From Octopus vulgaris (lineage: Eukaryota), in contig OX597819.1 in the NCBI GenBank assembly GCA_951406725.2, forward strand, positions 48,422,001-48,486,000: a stretch of DNA of 64,000 nucleotides, in the 5' to 3' direction. This document shows, piece after piece, positions 27,012 to 40,543 of the stretch. A program made the position numbers and the translations under genes. The notes beneath the pieces were generated by a model that did no database searches, was not told the DNA's origin, and saw only the letters and a program-made list of their open reading frames with translations. Numbering within the stretch: position 1 is the stretch's first letter; each line of letters begins with the position of its first letter.

Positions 27012-28479
27012 TTAAAATATAAGAATTGTACTCGATTCAAATATTCTAGTGCTAAGACAAAAATCAAAATTCTTCTAAACACCCAGTACCCCCTTATGAG
27101 CTCATAATATATCCAAAGGAGTACTACCACTCAGGTTAAAAACCACTAGACCTCCTGTAAGTATTTCTACTTATTGTTCAGTCCTTGTTTAACCCTGATC
27201 AAGCAGGTTAATAAGAGTCATTCCAGCTGTGACCAGTCATATATTTTTTGCAGTTATAATATATCTAGGATTAAGCACATTACCCAATAAGTCTCTCATT
27301 TTAAGACTACAGTGTGATTTGAATAAGATTTGGCTGCTGGTTTGAGAAGGTACAGTGACCATTTAGTGCCTCCCTTCTTGGTTTGCCATTCTGCTTATTT
27401 CATTGATCATGTTTAGCCTAAAATAGTCATGTGAGTCTAAAAGCTCAAATTCTTCTATATATGTATTTCCCTATCTCTCTCTCTCTTTTTTTTTTTTGCT
27501 TAGTTTTCATTAATGTTCTAAGTAGGCTACAGTTTTATATGGAGATTAAATGATGGATAGTTAAAGAAAGCTTAAAAAGGATAGCAGAAACTGTGTGTGA
27601 GTGTGAGAGAGAAAGAGAGAGAGAGAGATTTGACAAAGGGCCAGCCAGTGGTTTTAGAGTGTAGATTAGCCAAATCACAGACAGTTGAAGAGGACTCTCT
27701 TTGCAGCACACACACACACACACTCACACATATACGCACATACACACCATGTGAATCTTATTGTTCATTAAACCCAACTTACTTAGGGAGATATCTAATA
27801 TCTGGTAGCCTGAAAAAATAAACAGATTGCTATAGAGGAACCGACTTATCAAATAGCCTATTCATTCACTAATGATTCATCCTTTAAAAAACAGCAAGTT
27901 CCTTCCTTCCCACCTTTTAGAAATGTACCCACCACACCTCTACCTCAACTACTTTATGAATGAGTAGAGATAAATAATATTTGAGGAAAATTCAGTCTCA
28001 CTGAGTGACTTTTTGGACAAGTGTCTTCTACAATATAGCACTAGGGTGATTAATACTCTGAGTACAATCTGGAAAATGGAAACAGTATGGAAGACCATTA
28101 TATATATATATATATGGGCATGTGTGTGTGTGTGTGTGTGTGTGTGCATGCATGAACCTGGGTGGGTGGTGGTAATATTTCTTTATGTTCCATACATGTG
28201 TTTTTGGTATATGAAGACCAGTGAAATTAAAATACCTTACATCAAAACAAAGACTGGTGTTAGGAAGTGCAACCAGTTATAGAATAATGCCTCAAGAAGC
28301 CACATGAAATCCATGCCAGCATAGAAATAGCAGGTGTAAATATCATGGTGATGATGGCATGGCAGAATTGGTAAACTTTAAGTATCAAGAATGCAAGACG
28401 GATACCAAATGAAATGGTTCCGAGTAGTGAGAAAGGTGAGTGGTATCAAAAGTCAGTGAAGCATACAGTTCTACTCATT

Positions 28480-30080
28480 AAATTACAGCAGGGTTCCATC
28501 TTTTCTGTTGACTAAACCTTTAATCTTTGCTAAGTTTACTTTAATTCCTCTTAATTCAAGGTCTTCCTGAAACTTCCTCTCTAACCCCACTATAGATTCA
28601 ACTATAAAAAATAGGTCATCAGTATGTAAGACTTCTCTTACATAGACAGCCAGTTTTAAACTCTTCTGTAATGCTGTAGGACTACGATGAACATGAAGAC
28701 TAAACCTCCATAGATGCCTATCTTTTTGCTAAATCCATCACTGAAATTGTTGTTGACATTCACCTTATTTACTACTACATAGTAGTTAGCTTGTACAACC
28801 CTCCCCAGCCATTTGTCTATTCCTAATTTCTTTAGTGACCACTAAATTACTGAACATAATATTCTGTCAATACCTTTTCCAAGTCAATGAATATCAGAAA
28901 TAGTGATTTACTCTTAACCAAGTATTTCTCTGTAGTTGCCACATTTGGAAGCTATGTTCTGAACAAAACCAAACTATATCAACTCTGTTAAAAATCAATT
29001 GTGCTATTATTCTCTCTTAAGTTGATACAGTAGTTTGATTCCTCTATAATTTCTTCTATTTAAGGCATCTCCTTTGCCTTTGTAGTAGCTTACAATGATA
29101 CTGCCACATCAGTCATTGGATACAATTCCTTTCTGTATATCTTGATTAACTATCCAGGTGGTTATCATGTGTTGTACTTCAGATATTTAAAGTATCTCTG
29201 CAACTATCCCTCTCTTTAGGTCTTTAATTCTTATGTACTATGCTATTGTCAACTTGAACTGTTGGTCTCTCAATAGCATCAGCATGAGGAAGCTCTTCTT
29301 TATCCCACACTCCTCCATACCACTTTCTTGTTTTCTATATCAATGGCAAATATGCCTTCATCAATTTGAATAAACCGTTTCTCACCAATGACATCCTGGT
29401 TCTCTGTCTCTTTTATAACATTGCAATCCGGAACACCTTATGCCTCTGAACCTAATGTTGCAAGACATGTACAAGTGTTTTCCTTTCTGCTTTACCCATG
29501 GCCAAGTATACCTGTAGCTCAGCTGTTCTAGCCATTTAATAATGCTCCCTACCACCATCTTATTTCCAGGTTTCTCAAGCCAGTTTCTTAGCCCACACTG
29601 CCCTATCAACCATGTTATGCCACCACCATGCTATTTTCAGTTTGGTTGGGAGTTTACCATAGTCACATGTCTGATCTGTAATCCTAATCAATTATTTTGT
29701 AGAAGTACCAGTTGTCATCTAAATCTCTAAATCTCTACCACATATGAACTGGATTTTCTCTAAACCTATTTCCAAATACTTGACCTATTAGCTTCCATAT
29801 CTTGCTTCTCTATATTATCACATTTTCTTTTGTGTCTACCTAACTCTGACACTGAATTCACTAGCTTGCAAATTGCTAGGTCAGTTGCATCATAGATCCC
29901 AGGAGCTTACATTTTCCTCATTTCTTCAACCACATCCATAGCTTCCATGTAATGTTACAGAAGCTATCATTGTGTTGGCCAACATGTATGTTGAAGCTGC
30001 CAGCCATGATAATGAAGTCACTGAGGTAGTTTGCAGAAGGGTCTCATGCACAAGCAGTCCTATTCAATTCACAACTCTGC
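28480..30080 (-). mobile_element. Highly decayed RTE-type LINE (endonuclease and reverse transcriptase fragments)
   Basis: Frameshifted minus-strand peptides include HGSYGCG*RNEE (about 29910-29950, endonuclease), YKGKGDALNRRNYRGIKLL (about 29030-29085), KYLVKSKSLFLIFIDLEK (about 28875-28930), and ITEEFKTGC followed by HTDDL (YADDL-like, about 28612-28675). Confidence 0.85.
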
Positions 30081-31353
30081 CTGTGGTGCATATGAAGATA
30101 AAGGGTAGTTTTCTATTTAATTACTTTTACCATGATTATCCCATTGCACACCCCGACTACTTCAATCACTTTATCTCTTACAAATAAAACTAAATAAAGC
30201 ACGTACCAATAGAAAGACTAATTTACAATGAAAAAAAGGAAAAAAAAAAGGAAAAAAATCTCAAGAGGAAATCATTTACACTGGCAAAATAGAACGAGAA
30301 TTACAAACATTATATATATACACACATTAAAATCCTTTCTACATTTGAAAGTAAATAAATAAAAGAAAATTACTAAGTAAATGGAAAAAAAAATCTGCTT
30401 TAAAAAAGTATGTTTTACATGCTAAATTAAACTCAATGCTTATCTGAATCATTGGCTACTATCAGAGCTGATTGCATTACACAAGTAGCTAAGCTTTCAA
30501 TTAAAATTTTTAAAAATCCCCAAAAATACATGCCACCCACCAAATCCATCAACTGACAATGGCTTTATAACACATGGCCTACTTTCCTAAAGTTTTACAG
30601 AAATTACCATTGAGAGGAAAACAAAGAAAATGGGACAAAGAGCAAAACAAAAAGCATAACAAGAAAAAGTGTATTTGTGAAACATTAGGGACCATAAATC
30701 TCAAATGGCAGTACCAAAACTGAAAAGGATTTTGAAACAATTTAAATATAAACATGTTGAAATCTTATCTTCTAAGAGTTAACATTACAAGCAGAACTAG
30801 TTAAAATTTTAGTAAATAAAAACAAAATCCCTCCCCACTCTATTTCCTGTTTTTGACAAAATCACCACATTTCTGCTTTTACTTTTAATTTCTTTTTTAG
30901 TTTACGTACTTCCGAAACAAGTTGCTTTATCAGTTAAAGAAAAAGAAATAAAGAAAAAAAAAAGGTAAAACACGGCAAAAGGAAACCTAAAGAAAGTTTG
31001 GAAATCTCTAGAGCTATTTTTAGTTTATGATGAAACAAACGCCAGTGTCAAAATTAGTCAGCAACAAGTAAGACATGCCTATTGAAAATTTATATTGTTA
31101 TATCTGTCTGTATATATGCAATACTACTAAGTAAAACACGCTGGCGTGTGTGTGCACGCTAATATTAGATTGATGGTAATCTTAACACTTAATAAGTAAA
31201 TTGTATTAGACGTAAGAAATTGTGTAACATGCATCTAAGCCAATATCGTTGACACCAATCCTCAAAGAAATCACCATCAGTAATGTTGTCAAATCCATTC
31301 CAATTACCATATTTACTTGAAACCTAATTTCTGTCCAATTTCTCTGTCCTTAA

Positions 31354-32414
31354 CCCTTTCGTTACTATATTTCTGACCAAAATACACCCCTTATGTGTTT
31401 CAATTAATTTCTAACATAATCATAAATTTAGTCTGGTTTCATTAAACAACTATAACTTTTTTATTTATTAATATATTAGTGATTTTTGGAAGATAATTTA
31501 ATGAAATGTTCTCAACCAATTCTATACTATAATTTTTGTCACAAAGTGACTCTAATTGCAGGTAGATACAGGTAAATTCAACAAAATATAAAATTATTAA
31601 AATTTTGTTCAAACATCGCTATAGAAAATGGGTTATTAGCTAATATTCAATTGGGTATACAACAAAATTTTACGATAGAATTTGTTATTCTGGGTAACTT
31701 TCTGATACCCATAATAATATTTATGGCAAAATAGTCTTAATTTCATTTTAGGTTGTGGGAAACCACAAACTATCCTTTCTTTCGCTTTGTTTACATTTAG
31801 CGTAACGGTTTGTTTCCGCCGTAATGAGTTCAAATAGACTCATCAGAAAAAGTAAAAAGAAATAGTCTATCACTTTACTCTCCTGGGAAAGTCTGTGTCT
31901 TGGTCCAGTTTCTTCAGAAAAATCACCGAAAGAAACAGTTCTTAAATTTTCACACCATTCAGGTGCCAATTCATTTTCTTTATCACTGTCGGAGCTCTCG
32001 GATTCACTGTTTTCACTTTCGGAAAATGAAACATCAGATTCATTATCAAATACCACGTGCTTTTCTTTTTCAGTCAAAGAGTTAGATTTATGAAGGTCTT
32101 CAGTAGAAAATCCTTCGAATTCTGACTCGCTGCTTGATATAATGAAATTCGTATCCATTTTTTGTCAGAATTACAAATTTTGAAAACACAACAGGAACAA
32201 ATTTCGGAAAAAAATCTCCCAAAATTCACGGAATTAAAATTACACTTCGATTGTTGTACAAAACTGTAGTTGAACTGTTTACGAAGTATAATACGTGTTT
32301 TCACGAATGTACTAAAGAGATTTGCTCTGATATTCTCATTTAAATATGAATAGGTTTGGGCGGTTTGGTCACATTAACCAAAATTTTTTTCGGGCGGCTT
32401 TGGGAACGAAAGGG
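31354..32414 (-). mobile_element. Internally deleted piggyBac transposon (1061 bp)
   Basis: TTAA TSDs lie at 31350-31353 and 32415-32418, with TIRs CCCTTTCGTT / AACGAAAGGG. It is CpG-rich relative to its flanks and contains a transposase N-terminal ORF. Confidence 0.93.
31748..32158 (-). pseudogene. Truncated piggyBac (PGBD-like) transposase N-terminus, 136 aa
   Basis: An acidic Ser/Glu/Asp-rich N-terminus is followed by FSEETGP...IDYFFLLF...LFELITAETNRYA...WFPTT, typical of piggyBac transposases. The ORF stops before the DDD catalytic domain. Confidence 0.88.
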
Positions 32415-35314
32415 TTAATAGTGTTAATTGATACCAAGTCTTATTTGACTTCTAAATCAAAAACTCAACATCAAGTTTTGATCACAGGTTAACTTCTGGA
32501 GGGAAAAAAAAAAAAATCTATTGCCAGCGAATGTTTTATATAAGACGTTCATAATAAGGACATTAAAATCAAGATATAAAAAAAAAAAATTACATAATGT
32601 CCACCATTCCAAAGAATCTACCTACAAAGAATTATGGTGATATGAGCATAATTACGAGCAGAGAATTTATCAAAAGACTAGAAGCTGGCATGGAGTGGAA
32701 ATTTTTAATTGAACTCGTGTTTGATTTGGTCTAACCAGAGATACTAATAATGGAATGTGAACATAGGTAACCTCATTTCTGCAATTGTGGGACAACCAAA
32801 AACAGTGAGTCACTTGTTAATTTGCTCATTATTGTATCTCTTCCTTGTTGAGAAGGCAAAGACTTCACACACACTTGAATAAAAAAAAATTGAAAAGATT
32901 TGATATAGAGATGAAACAATGATAACTCAGAGTATCTCTAATTTCTATGATTGTATTATCATCTCATCTGCACATTCAACTGTTTATATTCTTTATTAAT
33001 TCTTTCAGCTTCTTTGGCCTGTTTTTTGTATCAGTTGTTCTCCATTGTCAACTCACAATCTTTTCCATTGGCATGTAACCAATTTCTCCTGCACTTCTGG
33101 CTGATAAAAACTGTATTTATAAAGGCAGGAGCAATACTTCATTACTTTCCAACTACCACATGCTAAAAGTCTTGTATGTAAAACATACCCAGCTCACATT
33201 TCCCAGCTGTTGCAATGCTTCTAGACTCCCCAAACTTACCTTACTTTTCAGAGAACATCATGCTCCTTATTCATACCTAACCTAATAGATTCTGCTTCAG
33301 CCATGGCAAGAGAAATTCATTTGTCACCAGTAGCACTTCAATCAACTCTGCTAATATATATATATATATATATATATTAGGTATCAGTCACCGACAATTC
33401 CACAGTCATAATATAGCAAAAACTGCATCCTAAAGACTAGCCTTCCTCTTCAAAGAGAAAATAAATACTTCAACTCTGAACAACTACTGGCTCTACAAAC
33501 CCACGTAGGACATACAATGGAATACTGTTTCATCTGAATGATACTGTTCCTACACACACACACACACAATCAGAGACTGTATGTGCATGCATGTATGTAT
33601 GTATTTTATATTCACATACATGTATAAACCAGACTGCTCAGGGTTCACTAGTTCTAAGTAAGTCAAAAAGTAAGAAATGATGCTTTATCATTACTTTCTA
33701 ACTATCATAACTATCGCTAAACTAAAATAAATGAGAAGTTCAAAGACGGATCCCAAAGAACTATTCTATGACTAAACAATATTAAACTCAGAGCTTGGAG
33801 GATAGAGACTAAAAAGGAATTTTTTTTTTTAAAAGCAAAATATATTCCTGACACTGCTGGTGAACAGATTATCTGTGAATAAGTATATTCATTGCCAAAC
33901 TATTATTACATCTTCATCTTTACATACATACACTGATACATACTATTTTTTTTCACTAATATGAAAACTACTTTATTCAAGCATGGAACACTTGGCATGC
34001 AGTATATAAACAGGTTTCACTTTCATATGGACATAGCTGTGCATTTGGCCAATATCATGTAAGTGGAATTTAGGAGCCAGAAACTGCACACTCTATTATC
34101 ATTTTTGCCATCAGTGATTCAGTCATTGGTCTACTGGAGAACACTGTAACCAATGACATCACTGTTCAAAGGTAAAAAAAACCATTGGTTCAGCCTTCAA
34201 TATCATAAATATAATTGAGTAATTCTCACTGGCATTAACAACCTGAAATGAAATGGACTTGGCTTTACAAAGAATTTACTTCTACTCTAAGGTACTTATC
34301 ACTGACAGAAATAGTTATGAAGAACATTCTTAATGTATTTTTGAAATGAGACAAAAATCATCAACAACAACAAAAACAGCAGCAGCTCACATAGTCAAGG
34401 TACAGAAAACAAAATCATAACAAAAAAAAAAAAAAAAAAAAAAACCCCTCAAAAAGTCCAGCCTGATTAATGCATTATATCAGTTGAATCACTTAGAACA
34501 TCTATTTCTGTATCAGTGAAAGTCAATATATAAATGAATTTAATTTTGAAACCTTTCAGTAATAGAAATTGTTGTGTGAAAATACATGAATAAATAACTA
34601 AAAGTTATAATAAAGAAACCATTTGTTGCTTTTTATCTGTAGACAGTAAGTCTGGTTTGTGTGAGTATGTACAGATATGTGTATGTATGATTGTATCAAG
34701 TGTGTGTGTAAACATGAATTTACATAAACAAAGAATTTTTGGAATGCACAATCCTGAGAAGTAATTTTTTTCTCAATATTCTACACTATTTTTTTTTACC
34801 TTTATATACAACACTGAGTTAAATTATTTGTAGTCTCCAATTTTCTAATCTATATAGGCATCAGATTCAGTAAGTAAGTGTACATGAACATTTTTAACAT
34901 GATCCTATCTAGTAATATATGGATTTGAAAATGATTAAAATCAAAACGCCTTGTGAATTCTTCAATTCAGACCTCTTTTTATATATATACTGTGATTTTA
35001 TATTGTGCATTACTTCATATGTTTGTTAGAAACCCAATAAAATAAACAGGTGTTTCTTTTCTTCAGTGAAAACCAATTTTACAACATTGGGTAAAAAATA
35101 TAGCAGTCATTATAATTCTGGAAAAAAAAGAGTGCAGTGATTGCAAAATATTTTACAGAAGTTGATAAGTGGGGTTATCAAAGCTGTATGGCTAAAATGT
35201 TTGCACTGCACCACATAATTTCAACTTCATTTTCACTTCTACCATAACCTGTGACTGACCAATACCTTGTGAGTGAAATTTGATAGTAAGAAACTGAGCC
35301 TGTCTCATACATAC

Positions 35315-35358
<44 letters not shown>

Positions 35359-35631
35359 ATCTTTATCCTCATCCTTTTTAATGCCCACTTTATCATGCTT
35401 GCATTGGTCAGGTGAAACATGTTGACATAGATTTGTCTATGGCCCAATGCTCTTCTTGTCACCAATCCTCACCTGTTTTCAAGGAAAGGTAATACCCTGG
35501 CTCTTCAAACAATGACCAACTGAATGGCTGGTCATGTTTTCACAGAAGAGTATAAACAAATGGCATGCTTTGAACGAATCATGACTGTTTACAATCAGTA
35601 TGTAAATGTCAAGACAAGAGGACACAAGCAT

Positions 35632-35633
<2 letters not shown>

Positions 35634-35695
<62 letters not shown>
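35634..35695. repeat. (GT)n microsatellite
   Basis: About 31 uninterrupted GT units. Confidence 0.95.
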
Positions 35696-35699
<4 letters not shown>

Positions 35700-36382
35700 G
35701 GTACTGCCCAGGGGTCAAAACCGTAGTGATATTTGTTAAGCAGCTGAAAATGAAAACTGTTTGATATGCTCGCTTGCAAATCTTTTATATCTCGGGGTCT
35801 TGTTATTCTGAGTTGTCTTTCATTCTCGCATAGCTGTGTGTGTATATTTATATTAATTTTGAGGTGAACAAAACTGGCACATTAAAAGAAATACCTTCCA
35901 GCATTTGTCTCCCACTGAGTTATTTAATGAGATCAATAAAATGACTAGCAGACAAAATATAAGGGTTGAAATAATAGACAAAAATCTTCCAAGGTAGAGG
36001 CTATAATACAAGTAAATGAATAAAAAAGGTATTTTAAATTTCTTTTCCTCCAGTTCCTGTGGTATTTCAAATTTCCTTTGCTCATTATCTTGTAGTCTGT
36101 AACAATTTAAACAAATACATAACTAGTTTACCACCAAGGGAACTGTTTTTTCATGAAAAACTTAAGTACTTTACATTTTTATTAGCCTGACTGTAATTAG
36201 AAGTTCATTAACCTAACCTTATATACATATATATTTCCTCTCCATACATTTCTAGCAACCAAGCTTTGCGTGGAAAGCAGCTCTTCAAAGTTTTAATCCT
36301 GAAGTATCTTAATTTTTCAAAAAAGAAGCTAAAAGAAAGAAATAACCCTTTCTTTTGTTCAAGATGCAATTGACTATCGAGT

Positions 36383-36385
<3 letters not shown>

Positions 36386-36473
<88 letters not shown>

Positions 36474-36478
36474 GAGAG
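36386..36478. repeat. Compound (TA)n(GA)n microsatellite
   Basis: Read directly. Other (TA)n arrays lie at about 9207-9248, 9370-9420, 49819-49853 and 55938-55970. Confidence 0.95.
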
Positions 36479-37687
36479 GCAGAAAGATGTGGCAAGACTA
36501 ATTTGTTATCAGTAACAGAAGATTGGATTTCTTTCCATCACCAAACCCAGATAACAGACATTTATGTATCATCGTAGTGGTTTCTTAAAAAGAACATGAA
36601 ATCACCTCACTGACTTTACATTCTTCCCCAGTTCTTACTTTGGGAGAGTTTTGATTACAAGAGTTACTATAAATATCCAAACCTGCACTCAGAAGAGTGT
36701 CAAGAGGTGAGATAGCTGAACTTGACCCAGCCTCTTAACATTTTCAGACATGAATTTTTTTTTTTTTATGACCCAACCCTTGAATAATTTCTCTTCTATA
36801 GAAAGGAATATATTATTTACAAGACAGGAAATTTCTCTGAAAATGTTCCATTAAAAAGTATAGTATTTATTGGTTGAGCATTCATGTATCAAAACTAACT
36901 CACATATTGTGTTATTTGTTTAAAAAGAAACCTTATAAAAAAAACCCAAAAAAAACCTCCATTTTTATAAATTTTCATATAATCTAACGTTACAGTTTCT
37001 CTTAAGTGCACAAATAACCCTTGCCTTTGTCAAAATTGACAATAGAGTTTAATTGCTTATCTTTGAGGATTACAACTACACATGATCTGATTACCTAATT
37101 TTGTAAGTAGATTTATTATTATTATTTTTAATTGTACTTCAGAACTTTTAAGCACACATACAACACAAGAATGGTTAGCTAGACTTTTGACTTTTATTGT
37201 TAAAATTTCAGTTTATGTTGTTTATGCAGTTGTGACCTTAATAATAAGTATGGTTTATCAACTCTAATAGCTTTCTTTTTTCTGACAAGACTCAATCTTA
37301 TGCATACTACTTATCTATCCAGTCAATGCGGTAAACTATCAAACTCAGTATGTTGGACAGACTGTCTCATGCTACTAAGAGTTTAAATTTGCCCTTTCTC
37401 CTTTCAGGGATGATTGAAAAAAAAAAAAAAAAAAATAATCTATCAAGGACAGAGCATTGGAGGAGATGCTTTGGCTCTGTGCATTCTGAGTTCAAATCCA
37501 ATCATCATCAAAAGAAAAGAAACAAGGATAATAACACTTCTGTTAGGGGCTGCAATCAATTGACAATATTGGCAATTTGAAAAAAATCAATGGAAATCTG
37601 GCACTAGTAGAAAATTTAATACCAAGAGAATATATATATAATGAATTCCACATATTTTGTCGGTCTATTGCTTTATAGATATATTAA

Positions 37688-38097
37688 ACACAGATATGGC
37701 TGCATAATTAAGAAGCTTGCTTCCCATCCATGTGGTCTTGGGTTCAGTCCCAATGTGACACACTGGACAAGTGCCTTCTACTAAAGTCCAGGGCTGATCA
37801 AAGCTTTGTGAGTAGATTTGGTAAATGGGAAATGAAAAAAAGCCCAATGTATGTGTATATGTGCATGTGTGGTGTGTGTACTTTTGCCTCAACATCATCT
37901 TTGTAAAAGAGCATAACTGTGATAAAAGCAATGTTGTTCCTGAAAACCATGTCTGGCTATGAGGAAATGTTACCTTGCTTGGAAATAGGTGAGGTTTGGC
38001 AACAAGAAGGGCATCAGGTTATAGAAAGTCTGCCACAACGAACTACATCTGACTTATGCAAACACAGAAAAGTGGACATTAAAATGATGATGATGAA
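37688..38097 (+). mobile_element. Decayed SINE with family A head and (GAT)n tail
   Basis: The head AAGAAGCTTGCTTCCCA...GGGTTCAGTCCCA is followed by a tail ending GAAAAGTGGACATTAAAATGATGATGATG. Confidence 0.75.
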
Positions 38098-40424
38098 TCA
38101 GGCTTTTAATTTCACTGCCAGCTTATTTTCATTTTCTTTTTGATGATTCTGTTTGTTGCTAAACCTAACTTTCTCTTTTCAAAGTATTCCCATGGCCTAC
38201 TTCATGGCAGGTAACTTTGGAGCAGACTGTAGTTACATAAATACAGACAATAATAAGCCATTGATAGCAGATATATGGTTCTTTCTCCCCACAAACTTGA
38301 ATATGCTGTCATAAAAATTAATTTCTTTATAAAAATGGTGTCTATCTAATATTGTAGACACCACCTGCCTGTCTTTGATCAACATTTTTATTATTTTTTT
38401 ACATTCCTTTCTTTGACATTCATATTGTAGTTACCCAAGTACTATTACAGCTTTCTGTTCTCAAATTTTGCTCACTTTCAATCTATCATGTTGTATTCTC
38501 AGGCAGAGGTTTGCAAAGTTCACACAACCTATCCTTTTATTTACCAAACCTATTCATTTCACATAGATTACATAGATAAAGATGAATAAAAGCGCATTTA
38601 CTTTTGTGTATAAAATACAATTTTTTTTTCAAATTCTGGTTTAGAATATCATGCTTAAGGGAATATGTTTTTGAACTCCCACCTCTAAAGGTAATTATGA
38701 TACCCACAGGGAGTGTAAGCAACCATCTGGAAAACACACATCTGAAGTTTTAACAATTATCCCAGTCTGAGTCTGTCATACCAAAATTCGAAATGGTTTA
38801 ACTTAAACATTAATAGTAATAAAAATAAAGTAATAACAAACATACATTTTGAGTGGAAAAGGCTCATATATGATAAAATTGATAAACAGAAAAAAACAGA
38901 TGGGAGGGGGAGGTCCTCTTCACATACATATTGTTTGTAGTTGACATTTTTGCTGTATTTCTTTTTACAATTGAATGTATTCCTCCCCTTCCTCACACTA
39001 CTACCACTCAGTCTAATGTAAAATGAGATGTACTATTTTATTTTCATTGAAGCAAATATCAGTGATGTTCAAATGATTCTCTTAGTAAAGGCTTTTTATT
39101 GCAAGCTTTTAATTTTGCCATCATCATTATTATTTCAATGCCTGCTTTTCTGTGCTTGCATGGTCAGATGGAATTTGACGACATAGATTTTTTTTTTCTT
39201 TTTACAGCTGAATGCTTTTCCTGTTGCCAACCCTCACTTGCTTCCCAGCAAGGTAATAATATATGTAGGTAAAAATTAGTCCAGAAATGAAAGTGAGGAA
39301 TGAATAGAGGTGATGTAGATAAGAGGGGATTCAACAAAAATATTTAAGTTTTCTTTGAAGCTGTATTCGCAAAATAAAAAAGGATCATGAGTGACAAACC
39401 CCTTCCAACCCATAACAGCATGGAAAAATGGATGTAAACTGATGATATAAATGAAGAGAAACATGAAATCAAAGATTTATCATTCAAATCAGAGTACAAG
39501 TATGTACTCTGATATACCATTCCTAACATAAACTATGGGAATTTAGTAAAGTTACTTTCAACATAAACATAATAAAAAAACTATAAAAAAGAAAAAAAAA
39601 GAATAAATCCATTTAAGAGTTCAATTTATCTTACAACAGGAAGCAATGTTAATGCACTTGCTGTGATTTTCAATTGAAAATGTAATGCAAAAGACTAAAT
39701 ATTAAGAAACCCACCTGCAAAATGAGACAAAAGTGAAAATTTTAATTCAACTATTGTTACTTGATAAATATCATAGTAATCTTGTTGGTTTCTCTCTCTT
39801 TCTCTCTACTAATACAGAATAATTTTTAAAATTCTACTTTTTATGTGACAATATAATGTGTGAATCTGTTCTTATTGGGTTTCCATTGTCCCTAGCAGAC
39901 AGGTGTGTCTATTTTCTAATATTTTAAAAGCCGATTGAACATCTTGCATATTTGGCAAGTTACTAATTTTTATTTCCTTTCTTTTCACTGTAGACACAAG
40001 GACTGGAGTTTTGTGGGAGAAGATAGTTTACTACAGATTCCAGTGCTTAAACGATACTTATTTTATTGACCTTGAAAAGATGAAAGGTAAAGTCAACATA
40101 GGTGGAATTTGGATTCAGAGCAAAGTTAGAAGAAATGCCATTAAGCATTTTGTCCAGTATGCCAATAATTCTACCAGCTTGCTGCCTTTGCAAGTAACTC
40201 GATTTTAAAGTGAGATTGTTGCTTCTCTTCCCAATTAGGCACATACCATATTTTTATGGGGAAGTGACTCTTGTAATAGGTTATGTCATAGCAACACCAC
40301 TTGAAATCTTCAACGTTATACAAAAGACATAACACACCACCTGGACTTGAGTGTCATTTAAAGAATTCAGACTGCAGTGAGCATTTCAAACTAGACTCCA
40401 GTACCCCTTCCCATCTACTTGTAC

Positions 40425-40466
40425 ATTTATCTTAGCGAGGTTTAGCTAAACCTCGCTAAGATAAAT
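40425..40466. repeat. Perfect 42-bp palindrome without spacer
   Basis: ATTTATCTTAGCGAGGTTTAG|CTAAACCTCGCTAAGATAAAT, 21/21 complementary positions. Confidence 0.95.
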
Positions 40467-40473
40467 ATTTCAA

Positions 40474-40543
40474 TTACCTGAAGATTGACTGTAACCATAA
40501 CTCGAATTATTACGAATTGGACAGCCATCAAACAATCGTAGTG
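40474..40543 (+). ncRNA. Degenerate type I hammerhead ribozyme-like motif (probably inactive) in a Penelope-like fragment
   Basis: The plus strand reads TTAC CTGAAGA T TGACTGT [loop] ACAGCCA T CAAAC AATC GTA GTG. CUGANGA is intact, stem II pairs at 6/7, GAAAC reads CAAAC, and stem III AC-AATC-GT is one change from the palindrome ACGATCGT. Confidence 0.45.
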
